Assembly (NCBI GenBank): GCA_965224025.1
Contig: OZ245033.1
Location: forward strand, 224,001 to 288,000
Length of the DNA: 64,000 nt
Source of the DNA: Candidatus Multivorans sp.
GTDB lineage: Bacteria; Acidobacteriota; Thermoanaerobaculia; Multivoradales; Multivoraceae
Direction: 5' to 3'
Positions 50,322 through 60,117 of the stretch are shown one piece after another. A program made the position numbers and the translations under genes. Within the stretch, counting starts at the first letter, position 1. Each line of letters opens with the position of its first letter. The notes under the pieces were generated by a model. It was not told where the DNA came from. It ran no database searches and worked only from the letters and a program-made list of their open reading frames with translations.

Positions 50322-50722
50322 TCAGCTATCAGCGCCGAACTCTCTTTCCAGGAAAAGTCTTTCAATAAAGAACAGGAAGGCCGGATCGACTTCCCCGGCA
50401 TCAAGCTGGCTGAGCGCTCGTTCGCCAACCTCAGTCAACTCGTCGTACTTGATGCCAACGAAGTGCCGGTCGTAATAGTCGCCGACCACGGGGTCCGTAA
50501 ACACGTTCAAGTCCATCAACTTGCAGGGGCCGCACCAGTCGGTATACACATCGACGATATCGAGCTTGTCTTCGGCAGCCGCCTTTGCAGAGCTTGCGAA
50601 TAGCTTCCAGGGAAGAACTCGATGCCGGAACCCTGAAGTCCCTTGTCGGGTGCGGCGCACGCGGCGATCGCCAGAATCACCACTGAAGCGACCAGCGATG
50701 TCTTATTGCCGTGCCCAGCCAT
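50322..50722 (-). pseudogene. thioredoxin-like lipoprotein, frameshifted and truncated
   Basis: IAAC lipobox and FFPGSYSQAL in one frame, DVYTDWCGPCKLMD in another. Confidence 0.7.
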
Positions 50723-50809
50723 GAAGAAGCCGAGACTCCCGATCCCAGGCTCTCTTGTTGCCGGGGTGACAAAGTTGGTTCAGCCTATCCTAGGCGCGGC
50801 AGAACGACC

Positions 50810-50884
50810 GCGTGCCATCCGTGCGCCCGATGACGGGCGCACGGAGTGGTTCGCGTGTGGCGCGGGTCGCGCCACACGGGTTCC
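50810..50884. repeat. REP-like palindrome family B (reverse orientation)
   Basis: GTGCCATCCGTGCGCCCGATGACGGGCGCACGGAGTGGTTC. Confidence 0.85.
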
Positions 50885-51058
50885 CAGGTCAGATCGTTCT
50901 GCCGCGCAAGCTCCCAAGCTCTTGCCGTCAGTAGAGGAACGTTGCACCTCGGAGGAGCAGCCTCCGGATTTGACGCATCCGGCGTTCCGCTCGAGCCGCC
51001 AGGTGCGGTAGGATGGGCATTGAGCCCGGCGCACGCCCCAGCGCGCGTCCGTCTGCCA

Positions 51059-52408
51059 GTGAAGACCATCATCGAGCCCTTCCGGATCAAGGCTGTCGAG
51101 CCGATCCGGCTACCCAGCGCGGAGCGCCGCGAGGAGTTGCTCCGCGCGGCCGGCTTCAACCTGTTCAAGATCGAAGCGGCGCACGTGCTGATCGATCTGC
51201 TCACCGACAGCGGCACGGGCGCAATGAGTGCACAGCAGTGGGCCGCGATCATGCGCGCGGACGAGAGCTACGCCGGCTCGACCAGCTTCCACCGCCTGCG
51301 GGAGACCGTCGAGGAGATCATGGGGTTCGAGCGGATGCTGCCTACCCATCAAGGGCGCGCCAGCGAGCGGATTCTCTTCGACCTGATCGGCGGCGCCGGG
51401 AAGATCGTGCCGAACAACGCCCATTTCGACACGACCCGCGCGAACATCGAACACAGCGGCGCCCGGGCGGTGGACCTCGCCATTCCCGAAGCGACGGATC
51501 CAACGAACCGCCATCCCTTCAAGGGCAACCTCGATCTGGACCGGCTGGAGTCACTGCTTGCGGCCGAGAGTGTGCATGTACCGGTGGTGATGTGTACGGT
51601 CACCAGCAACACGAGCGGAGGCCAGCCCGTGAGCCTGGAGAACCTCCGCGCGACGCGGCAGTCGTGCCGCCGCTACGGCGTGCCCCTGTTCCTCGATGCC
51701 TGCCGGTTCGCGGAGAACGCCTGGTTCATCAAGGAGCGGGAGACCGGACAACAGGAACGGTCCGCGCACGCGATCGCGCGCGACATGTTCGACCTCGCGG
51801 ACGGCGCCACGATCAGCGCCAAGAAGGACGGGATCGTCAACATCGGCGGACTTCTGCTCCTGCGCGACGCGGAGCTGTTCCGCCGCGCCAGCGACCTGAC
51901 CATCCTGACCGAGGGCTACGTCACCTACGGTGGGCTTGCGGGCAGGGACCTGGAGGCGATGGCTCTCGGTTTCCGCGAGGTGCTCGACGAGGATTACCTC
52001 CGCTACCGGATCCGCAGTACCGCTTACGTCGGAGAGCGATTGCTGGCGGCCGGCATTCAGATCGTCGAGCCGCCGGGCGGACACGCCATCTACATCGACG
52101 CGTGCCGGTTCTGCCCGCACCTGTCTCGCGAACAGCTCCCGGGCCAGGCCCTGGTCGTCGCCCTCTACCGGCATGCCGGCGTCCGCGCCTGCGAGGTGGG
52201 TACCGTCATGTTCGGCGCCCGCAAGGCGCCGCCGCTCGACCTCGTGCGCCTGGCGGTGCCGAGGCGGGTCTACACGCAGTCCCACATGGACTACGTCGTG
52301 GAGGCGATGATCGAGTTGTTCGGCGAGCGCGATCGGATTCGCGGGCTGCGGATCGTCGAGGCGCCGGAAGCCTTGCCGCACTTCAGCGCGCGGTTCGAGG
52401 AGGTGTAG
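51059..52408 (+). CDS. tnaA: tryptophanase (beta-eliminating lyase; tyrosine phenol-lyase not excluded)
   Basis: EPFRIKAVE, IDLLTDSGT, PTHQGR, HFDTT, SAKKD PLP lysine, RLAVPRRVYT. Confidence 0.85.
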   Translation: MKTIIEPFRIKAVEPIRLPSAERREELLRAAGFNLFKIEAAHVLIDLLTDSGTGAMSAQQWAAIMRADESYAGSTSFHRLRETVEEIMGFERMLPTHQGRASERILFDLIGGAGKIVPNNAHFDTTRANIEHSGARAVDLAIPEATDPTNRHPFKGNLDLDRLESLLAAESVHVPVVMCTVTSNTSGGQPVSLENLRATRQSCRRYGVPLFLDACRFAENAWFIKERETGQQERSAHAIARDMFDLADGATISAKKDGIVNIGGLLLLRDAELFRRASDLTILTEGYVTYGGLAGRDLEAMALGFREVLDEDYLRYRIRSTAYVGERLLAAGIQIVEPPGGHAIYIDACRFCPHLSREQLPGQALVVALYRHAGVRACEVGTVMFGARKAPPLDLVRLAVPRRVYTQSHMDYVVEAMIELFGERDRIRGLRIVEAPEALPHFSARFEEV

Positions 52409-52507
52409 CCCGGAGTACTCGCAGCGCTTTCCACCCGCTTGCAGCAGGACATTTCATCCCGCCGAGGCGCAACTCTCTACTGCATCCATGCCGGTCCCGC
52501 TGCGGGC

Positions 52508-52536
52508 GATGCGGGCGAGACGCCCGCGTTCCCAGG
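52508..52536. repeat. REP family A between convergent genes
   Basis: GATGCGGGCGAGACGCCCGCGTTCCCAGG. Confidence 0.85.
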
Positions 52537-52548
52537 CTCGCTCCGCGA

Positions 52549-54309
52549 CTACCCGGTCGTGCGGGGCAACAGGCGGAACAGGCCGTAGCCCGCCAGCAGG
52601 GCCGCAGCCCCGAATGCAACGGCCTCCAGCCCACGCCCGTAGAGCGCCATTCCCGTCCCGAACAAGGCCGCATACACCGCGACGCAACCGAACAGCCAGG
52701 CCAGCAGCGCGGCCGTCGCGCTGCCGGGCTCATCCGGCCGCGTCTCCACGACCCGCCGCCAGCCGCACGCGAACGGGCGCACCCGGTCGTAGAACGCCTG
52801 GAGAACGGCCGTCTCCGTCGGCCGCGTGGCCATGGTCACACCAAACCAGACCACGGTCGTGAGGCCGACGCCGAAGAGAAGTTGCGCGGCGGTCGAAGGC
52901 AGCGCCAACCCGACCCCTTCGTGGCCGAACTGGAACCACACCGCGACCCCGAACGACACGACCATCGCCGAGATCTCGGACCAGGCGTTGATCCGCCACC
53001 AGAACCAGCGCAGCAGGAAGATCAGCCCGGTGCCGGCGCCGATCTGGAGCAGGATCTGAAACGCCTGCATCGCGTTCTCGAGCCATAGCGCGACCACCGC
53101 CGCCAGGGCGACCAGGCCGATCGTCGACAGGCGGGCCACCAAAATGTAGTGCGACTCGCCGCGGCCGGGCCGTACGAACCGCCGGTACACGTCGTCGACG
53201 ATGTAAGAGGCGCCCCAGTTGAGATGCGTCGAAATCGTCGACATCAATGCCGCCGCCAGCGACGCGACGACCAGCCCGAGCAGGCCGTGCGGCAGGAAGA
53301 CGAGCATTGCCGGGTAGGCGAGGTCGTGCCGGATGATCGACGGATCGAGATGCGGGAAGGCGGCGGCGATCGAGTCCAGGGTCGGGTAGACGACGATCGA
53401 CGCCAGCGCGACCAGGATCCACGGCCACGGCCGCAGCGCGTAGTGGGCGATGTTGAACCACAGCGTCGCGCCCATCGAGTCCCGCTCGCTGCGCGCGGCG
53501 AGCATGCGCTGGGCCGCGTAGCCGCCGCCGCCCGGCTCGGCGCCGGGGTACCAGGTGGACCACCACTGGACGGCGACCGGGATCAGGAAGACGGTCGCCG
53601 CGGTCTCCCAGTCCCCGAAGTCCGGCAGCAGAGCGAGGCGCGAAGCGATGTCGGGGTTCGAGACCAGGCCCGACAGCCCGCCGACGGCGGGGTGCGCCAG
53701 CGCGTACCAGGCGGCCGCCACGGACCCCACCATCGCGATGACGAACAGCATGAGGTCCGTGACCACGACCCCCCAGAGGCCGGAGGTGGCCGAGTACGCA
53801 GCCGTGACGGCCGCCGCCACGAGCACCGTCGTGTACTTGTCGACGCCGAGCAGGACGCCGCCGATCTTGATCCCGGCGAGCAGCACCGCCGCCATGATCA
53901 TCACGTTGAAGAACACACCCAGGTACACCGCCCGGAAGCCGCGCAGAAACACCGCCGCCCGTCCCGAGTAGCGCAGTTCGTAGAAGCCGATGTCGGTGAA
54001 GACGCCGGACCGCCGCCAGAGCTTCGCGTAGAAGAACGTCGTGCACATGCCGGTGATCAGGAACGCCCACCACATCCAGTTGCCGGAGACGCCGCCGTTC
54101 CGCACCAGGTCCGTGACCAAGTTCGGCGTGTCCGTCGAGAAGGTCGTGGCGACCATGGACGTGCCGAGCAGCCACCACGGCAGGTTCCGACCGGCGAGGA
54201 AGAACTGGCCGGTGCCGGCGCCCGCGCGCCGGGCGAAGACGAGGCCGACTGCAAGGGCGAGCGCGCCGTACGCGGCGAGGACGGTCCAGTCGAGGTTGTT
54301 CAGGCGCAT
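52549..54309 (-). CDS. sodium:solute symporter
   Basis: FFLAGRNLPWW, SMVATTFSTDTP, QRMLAA, AALMSTISTHLNW; many TM helices. Confidence 0.94.
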   Translation of the reverse strand: MRLNNLDWTVLAAYGALALAVGLVFARRAGAGTGQFFLAGRNLPWWLLGTSMVATTFSTDTPNLVTDLVRNGGVSGNWMWWAFLITGMCTTFFYAKLWRRSGVFTDIGFYELRYSGRAAVFLRGFRAVYLGVFFNVMIMAAVLLAGIKIGGVLLGVDKYTTVLVAAAVTAAYSATSGLWGVVVTDLMLFVIAMVGSVAAAWYALAHPAVGGLSGLVSNPDIASRLALLPDFGDWETAATVFLIPVAVQWWSTWYPGAEPGGGGYAAQRMLAARSERDSMGATLWFNIAHYALRPWPWILVALASIVVYPTLDSIAAAFPHLDPSIIRHDLAYPAMLVFLPHGLLGLVVASLAAALMSTISTHLNWGASYIVDDVYRRFVRPGRGESHYILVARLSTIGLVALAAVVALWLENAMQAFQILLQIGAGTGLIFLLRWFWWRINAWSEISAMVVSFGVAVWFQFGHEGVGLALPSTAAQLLFGVGLTTVVWFGVTMATRPTETAVLQAFYDRVRPFACGWRRVVETRPDEPGSATAALLAWLFGCVAVYAALFGTGMALYGRGLEAVAFGAAALLAGYGLFRLLPRTTG

Positions 54310-54466
54310 GGCTGGCTCGGCTTTGAGCACACCCGCGAGGGGACGGCACCGTCCGCAGCGGCGTGAATCCGGTTGCAGTAGAGAACCGCGCAAGGGCAAC
54401 GCACCCAGAGACAAGTCGTCGCTTCGATTGAGCTACCGTGCTGCAACCCGACGGTCCCGGGGAGCG

Positions 54467-55438
54467 TCAAGCGGGTCTCCGGGACGATCGCTCTCCGAAC
54501 CACTCGCCCAAGTCATCCGGGTAGTCGCCGGCTGCCACGGCATCGCTCAGGGTCGAAGCAACCGGGGGCAGGTCGCCGGGGTAGGTCAGTCCCGCGGTGC
54601 TCTGGGTCATCGGCAGGAGTCGGACGCTCGCCGATTCCTGCCCGATCAGTTGGCCGACGGTCTCGCTGAGCAGGAACTCGCTCGTGACCGGATTGTCGAG
54701 GTTCGCGTGGAAGTCCGCGAAGGCGGCTTTGAGGAGGCCGAAGATCGAGGGCTGGAAGGCCCACAGGTTCATCGAGCAGAGGGTGTCCGCGGCCAACGAC
54801 CGAGCCTCCCCTTCGCCGTCGCGGCCAACGAGGCCAGAATCGGTCAGCAGCACATCGTAGACCTCGTCAAGCCGTTCCAGGAACGCGGATGCGGGCGAGA
54901 CGCCCGCGTTCCCAGGGCCGGCGGCCACGATCCCCCGGTTGACGCCGCTGGTACGGGAAACGCCGGTGCGGTGGAGTTCGTACGCGCCGAGGAAGTGCGA
55001 ATCGTCGCCCGCCGCCAGCCCGTCAGCCGCACGCCGCCCGAACGACTCGATCGCCCGGGCGCCGTAGAAATCGTCCGCGTTGACGACCAGGAACGGCTCC
55101 TCCACTTTCTGCCGCAGCGCGAACACCGCATGGCCTGTGCCCCACGGTTTGGCCCTTCCCACCGGCGGTAGGGCGCCGCCGGGCAAGTCGTCCAAATCCT
55201 GGGCCACGAAGTCGACGGGAACCGCCCGGCCAGCATGCGCCGCGGCGCGGCTCATGATCTGCTCCGTCCGGTCCGCCGAGGTCACGAACACGACCTTTCC
55301 GCAGCCGGCGCGGAGCGCGTCGCAGATCGCGTACTCGAACAGCACCTCGCCGCTCGGACCGACCGGTTCCAGCGTCTTCGGGCGCCCGAACCTCGCCGAG
55401 CGGCCAGCGGCGAGCATGGCCAAGGTGAGTCCGCTCAA
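54467..55438 (-). CDS. nucleotidyltransferase (NTP transferase family) with in-frame REP insert
   Basis: LAAGRSARFG, KPWGTGHAV, VVNADDFYG, SMNLW, GLTY. Confidence 0.88.
   Translation of the reverse strand: MSGLTLAMLAAGRSARFGRPKTLEPVGPSGEVLFEYAICDALRAGCGKVVFVTSADRTEQIMSRAAAHAGRAVPVDFVAQDLDDLPGGALPPVGRAKPWGTGHAVFALRQKVEEPFLVVNADDFYGARAIESFGRRAADGLAAGDDSHFLGAYELHRTGVSRTSGVNRGIVAAGPGNAGVSPASAFLERLDEVYDVLLTDSGLVGRDGEGEARSLAADTLCSMNLWAFQPSIFGLLKAAFADFHANLDNPVTSEFLLSETVGQLIGQESASVRLLPMTQSTAGLTYPGDLPPVASTLSDAVAAGDYPDDLGEWFGERSSRRPA
54887..54916. repeat. REP family A inside the nucleotidyltransferase gene
   Basis: GGATGCGGGCGAGACGCCCGCGTTCCCAGG, encoding PGNAGVSPAS. Confidence 0.88.
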
Positions 55439-55743
55439 GCGGCTCGATGCCTCTCGATGACCGCCATGTCGAGCTCGACGCCCAAGCCGGGCCCCGTCGG
55501 CGGTTCGATGAACCGCGGGACTACTCGCTGAAGACGATCCGCCACGTGGCGACGATCTTCCGGGTGCCCGATCGGCGGGTCGATGTTGTCGATCAGGATC
55601 GTCTCGAGTTCAGTGATCTTCATGTTCGACGCCTCGGAGTGTTGAGCCAGCGCGACCGCCGCCTCGCGAGCCGCGGTCAGGCCGGCGCCCAGGCCAGCCG
55701 CCGCGATCCCCGCACCGGAGATGAAGCCGCGTCTCGTGATCAT
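55435..55743 (-). pseudogene. Tat-exported mandelate racemase/dehydratase-family gene with most of its middle deleted
   Basis: TRRGFI, MKITELET N-terminus joined to PTGPGLGVELD C-terminus. Confidence 0.6.
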
Positions 55744-56154
55744 GACAGGCGGTCTGACTCTATGCCGGTTCGGCGAAGGGCGGCGCCTCTACGCAAGCGG
55801 ACGGCCATCTCTGTGTTTGATGCCGGCCCCTGAGTGCGCCGGCCGTAGACCGGATGGGCCCCACTGCGTAACCGGGGAGTCATCGTAGCGGCGGCCGTGG
55901 CGCTCCTTTTGCTACTGCACAAGGAACGCATCCCCTTTGGTCCTGATTCGCTCCACGCTCCCAAGCCGCGACTTACTCGCAATCATCGGTCGGCTCCAAT
56001 AGATTGGCTTCCTCCTCCATCGTGTTGAATATTCTTGTGTTCTCAATCCTCTGGTGATAGGTTCATTGTCCTCGACGTAGGCCCCTAGCGGCCGGTTTCG
56101 CGGCCTACGATACATGTCAACTGGACCGTCAGGCCCCAGCATTGAGCGACACAA

Positions 56155-56895
56155 ATGATTGACAAACAAGCCGGCATGAGCGCAAAGGAACGCATGGGCG
56201 AAGACGCCGCGGGCGAGACGCTCTACGACAAGAACGACGAGGACCGGCCACCTGTTGGCAAGCAGCGCGCGAACGCCCTTGCGCTGGTAGCCGCGAGCGC
56301 ACTCAAGGGCGGTCTCGATCCAGGGTCCAAGGGCGACCGCTATACAGCCCGTCGCATCGTCTGCGACGCCGGCAAGGTCCGGATGACCCACCGCAACGGC
56401 CAGATCCTGAGCGTCGGCCGCAAGACGCGCACGATTCCGCCGCCGATCCGCCGTGCACTGGAGTTCCGCGACCAGGGTTGCCGCTTCCCGGGCTGCACAT
56501 CGAAGCACTGCGACGCCCACCACATCGAACACTGGGCCGACGGCGGCGAAACGAAGCTCTCGAACCTCGTGCTTCTCTGCCGGCGGCACCACCGCCTGCT
56601 CCACGAGGGCGGTTTCCATGTCCGAATGAACAAGGAAGGCGCCGTGCAGTTCGTTCATCCCCGCGGACGGCCGCTGCAGCAGAGTCCGGCGCCGCCGCCG
56701 GTCGGCCTCCGCGCCGCCCGAGACCTGGTCGAGCACCTGGAGAACGCCGGCATTCTGGTCACGCGCAAGGAATCGATGCCGGCCTGGGACGGCCGGCCGA
56801 TGGACCTGCCCTACGTCATGGAGTGCCTCTGGCGACCGCCACCCCACCTGAAGGCGGCGGTGGACCGGGAACGGGCGTCATCGCGGGCCGCATAA
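56155..56895 (+). CDS. HNH endonuclease (DUF222/13E12-like, shortened)
   Basis: GRKTRTIP..RDQGCRFPGC..DAHHIEHWADGGET..NLVLLCRRHHRLLH. Confidence 0.85.
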   Translation: MIDKQAGMSAKERMGEDAAGETLYDKNDEDRPPVGKQRANALALVAASALKGGLDPGSKGDRYTARRIVCDAGKVRMTHRNGQILSVGRKTRTIPPPIRRALEFRDQGCRFPGCTSKHCDAHHIEHWADGGETKLSNLVLLCRRHHRLLHEGGFHVRMNKEGAVQFVHPRGRPLQQSPAPPPVGLRAARDLVEHLENAGILVTRKESMPAWDGRPMDLPYVMECLWRPPPHLKAAVDRERASSRAA

Positions 56896-56930
56896 CAGCG
56901 GACCTGGAGCAGCAGAACTCGCGCCGCCTG

Positions 56931-57359
56931 CTAGGCCACTCTGTCTTCGACCACGAGACTGCGCCCGACGGCTCGAAGGGCGTTCGTGACTCTTCTGATG
57001 TGCGAGTAGCGGTCCGGATCGAGCAGCTTACCGACGGAGGCCTCGTCCAACCCGAGCTGCTTGGCCAGGGACGCCTCGTCAAGGCCCTGTTCCCGCATCG
57101 CCGAATAGAGCGCCAGCTTTGCGGCGGGAACGGGTGGAACAGCCACGACTTCCTGACCCTCCACGACGGAGCTTGGGGGCGGAAGGTCCTCGCCGTTGTG
57201 GACGTAGGTCGCGAGTATGGCTACAAGGGCGTCCGCCGCCATTTCCAGAGCTTCGGCTCGGTCGTCGCCGCACGTCAGCGCGCCCGGAACGTCGGGGAAG
57301 ACGACGAAGAAGCCGCCGTCTTCCTCCGGGTTGAGAACACACGGATAGGCATAGCGCAT
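56931..57359 (-). CDS. hicB: HicB antitoxin with C-terminal HTH
   Basis: YPCVL..FFVVFPDVPGALTCG..EALEMA; AKLALY..LAKQLG. Confidence 0.9.
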   Translation of the reverse strand: MRYAYPCVLNPEEDGGFFVVFPDVPGALTCGDDRAEALEMAADALVAILATYVHNGEDLPPPSSVVEGQEVVAVPPVPAAKLALYSAMREQGLDEASLAKQLGLDEASVGKLLDPDRYSHIRRVTNALRAVGRSLVVEDRVA

Positions 57360-57362
57360 CGG

Positions 57363-57460
57363 TCAAAAGTCTCCTCTGTCGACCTTCAGATCTCTCAACA
57401 TGGATGCCAGCAGCCCTCGGCCGATCTCCTTCTGCGGAACGAAGACCGTGCGGCAGTAGA
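57363..57460 (-). pseudogene. hicA: HicA toxin C-terminal remnant
   Basis: RTVFVPQKEIGRGLLASMLRDLKVDRGDF*; REP copies lie where the 5' half should be. Confidence 0.6.
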
Positions 57461-57463
57461 TGG

Positions 57464-57527
57464 CCGGATGCGGGCAGGATGCCCGCGTTCCCAAGGGCGG
57501 ATGCGGGCGAGACGTCGGCGCACCCAG
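57464..57527. repeat. REP family A doublet
   Basis: CCGGATGCGGGCAGGATGCCCGCGTTCCCAAG plus GGATGCGGGCGAGACGTCGGCGCACCCAG. Confidence 0.8.
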
Positions 57528-57550
57528 TGACGGAGCGGATCAGGGTCGAC

Positions 57551-59359
57551 TCAGGTCTCGACCCTGCTCATCAGCCGGGCATCGGTCACCGGGTAGTGGC
57601 AGAGCGTTTCGTCGCATGCCTGGTAGTCGATCAGGACCGTCGCCACGCCGCCCTCGCCCTCTAGCGGCACCTCGACGCGGAAGTCGCCGTGGATTCGGCC
57701 CTCGCCGTCGGCTTCGGGCAGCACGGGGTCGGCGGCCACCTGGTAGGCGAAGCCGGATGGGGCACGGACGCCGAACTTGAACTCCGCGTCGGAACCGGGG
57801 GCGTAGATCCAGAACCCGGGTTCGAGCTTGAAGTCGAGAACGGCCAAGGTTGATTCGCCGTCGGTCGTCGTCGACATGGTCACCTCGACCGCGGGGCTCA
57901 CGGTGACGGAGAGATCGTCCAGTTCGTCGCCGTCCGCCGCGAACCGGGAGGAACTGAGCAAGTCCGACCCTCCGGGGCCCTGGGCGGCCCGGAATCGGTA
58001 GCCGGCCCAGTCGGAGGCGAAGAGCGAGGGCCCGTTCTCATCGAGCCAGCCCTGCCAGCCGTCCGCGGAGTCATGGCTCACGCCGGCGTAGCGGGCCAGC
58101 AACCGCTCGGCCCGCTCGGGCTCGACACCTTCACGCAGGTCGGCGACCGCGCGTTCGAGCAGGGCCGGGTCGTTGTTGGCGATCCCGAGCGCTCTGGCGT
58201 CCGCGTCGACCTGGAACTGTCCTTCGAGCCGGAAGAACGCCTTGCCGTCGTACTCGCTGCCGATCCGCCCGCCGTCCCAGTAGAGATACGGCTCGTTCTC
58301 TTCGTACCAGGCCTGCCGCTCTTCGCGGGAGCCGCGCGCCGCCGCCGGAATCGCCTCACCGAAGCTGTACGTGAGGCCCCGATCCTGGGCCTCCTTCACC
58401 TTCTCCGGCGTGTCGTAGAACTCCTTCATGTCCTCCGTCTCGTAGAGATCGAGGAGAGCGAGGGAGGTGGCGAGCCCCTCGCGCGGACGCGCTTCGCGAG
58501 TGGCCAGGATCGGATGGTCCCTGAAGCCGTGGATGTAGTGGACGGCGTTGATCAGGAGGCGCTGGCCGGTCTCCGTCATCTCGTCCGGGGTGCCGTAGAA
58601 CCCCCACTGCAGCAGCCGCCCCTGGCGGCCGATCGCGAAGTAGTCCGGCCCCTTCAGGTGCATGCCGCCGGCGATCCACTCGGTGTCGGGCGAATCGAGA
58701 AAACCGTCGCCCGTCGTCACCACGCCCGCTTCGCTCTTGTCCGGCCGCTCGCCGACGGGGAGGTTCAGGGTGTCCCATTCCTTCTTGAGGATCTTGACCG
58801 TGGTCATCGTGTCCGGGACGTCGTCCGTCAGTTCGTAGTACTTGTACTTGGGTGGGGTCGGCACCTCCTCGAGCTCCAGCTCGATCGGCAGAGGTCCGTG
58901 GAAGATCGGATGGCCAGAGGTCGGATCGGACGTGGACTGTGGCACGACAGCCCTGGAGAACAAGCACAGTCACCCGTATCGCCAGCCCAGCAGCAGGTTC
59001 AGGTCGTCCGAGATGCGAGCGCCCTGGCCGCCGATCAGGACGGTGGGCATGGACAGGGTCTCCAGATCGACTCCCTCCGCTCCCGGGATCGTCTTGATCC
59101 GCTCTTCCGACCGGTCGATCGTCTGGCCGTCGACGATCAGGACGTCGGCGTCGCTGAGGTCGGCCTTCGCCAGGTCGTTGCGGGCGATGCTCCGCACCTC
59201 GAAGTGCTCGGCCAGCAGCGCGTGGTAGCCCTCCGCGTGCGGCGTGCCGGCGTCGCCGGCGTAGACGACGCGCAGTTGCGGCGCCGGTTCGGCGCTGCAT
59301 GCCAGCGTGAGCAGCGCTGCGGTTGTCGCCAGGAAGCCAAGCCACTTACTCTGTTTCAT
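57551..59359 (-). CDS. putative selenoprotein lipoprotein (Sec130 in U-L-C) with C-terminal DsbD-N-like domain
   Basis: Two ORFs in the same frame separated only by TGA at 58970-58972; lipobox TLAC; PGFWIYAP..DYQACDETLC; SECIS-like hairpin downstream. Confidence 0.75.
58934..58953 (-). promoter_or_regulatory. candidate bacterial SECIS hairpin
   Basis: GGGCUGU-CGUGCC-ACAGUCC; stem starts 16 nt after the UGA; G at loop position 2. Confidence 0.6.
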
Positions 59360-59440
59360 GGGTACATCCTCATCGCGTTTGAACGTCAGGCAGTCTAGCT
59401 GGCGGTCCAGAAACCGGCGCTGCGCGCCAGATGCCGGCCA

Positions 59441-59530
59441 GAACCCGGGTGGCGCGACCCGCGTCACCCGTGAACCAGTCCGTGCGCCCGTCAGCGGGCG
59501 CACGGATGGCAGCCCGGCGCACCCAGTGGG
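59441..59530. repeat. REP-like palindrome family B
   Basis: Near-identical to 5424-5512. Confidence 0.88.
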
Positions 59531-59575
59531 CGGCCAGCTCCATGCGAATCAGCACCCAGTTCTTCGCATCGCACG

Positions 59576-60109
59576 CTACGCGCAGCAGCCGCGCCGCCGC
59601 TGATCCGAAGCCGTCGGTGTGTCCAGCGAGTACACGTTGAACTGCCGCAGCGGCGGCGAGTAGATGTGGAGCGTGATCAGGTCCTCGCCCGACGGCTGCG
59701 TGTTCGCGACCTGGTGGCAGTCGTCCTCCTCCGACGCGCAGACGCGGCCGGCTCCGTGCTCACGGCGGCCGCAGGGGCAGATGAGGCCGGATGCCGTCGG
59801 CTCGAACTCGGTCTCGGTCGCCACGCCTTCGACGACGCGGAAGGCGCAGCTCGAACCCCGGTGGTCGTGGATCGGGGTCCGCTGGCCGCTGGACCAGCAC
59901 AGGCAGACCAGCTCGTACCAGTCCGACTCGGCGATCCGGTTGCGCTGGTACTTGTCCTCGCCGAAGCGGCAGGCGGCGCCGAGGTCGGCGCGCGTCACCG
60001 CGATGTCGCCCAGGAGCCGGCTCAAGACCTCCAGGTCGGCGCGGCCGTCGAGCGAACCCAAGTAGTCCAGCAGCGGACCGAGCCGGCCCGCGGACGACCC
60101 CGAGTTCAC
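59576..60109 (-). CDS. cysteine dioxygenase family cupin
   Basis: YQRN, LCWSSGQRTPIHDH, HQVAN, TLHIYSPP; GGAGG before the GTG at 60109. Confidence 0.88.
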   Translation of the reverse strand: MNSGSSAGRLGPLLDYLGSLDGRADLEVLSRLLGDIAVTRADLGAACRFGEDKYQRNRIAESDWYELVCLCWSSGQRTPIHDHRGSSCAFRVVEGVATETEFEPTASGLICPCGRREHGAGRVCASEEDDCHQVANTQPSGEDLITLHIYSPPLRQFNVYSLDTPTASDQRRRGCCA

Positions 60110-60117
60110 CAGCCTCC

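Noticed and set aside
55912-56155. Lower-GC stretch upstream of the HNH gene
   Set aside because: No repeat, RNA structure or credible ORF found; probably a foreign remnant.
56155-56895. HNH gene as IscB/Cas9-like or retron/DGR-associated
   Set aside because: It has no RuvC motifs, there is no reverse transcriptase in the window, and it fits the common DUF222-HNH type.
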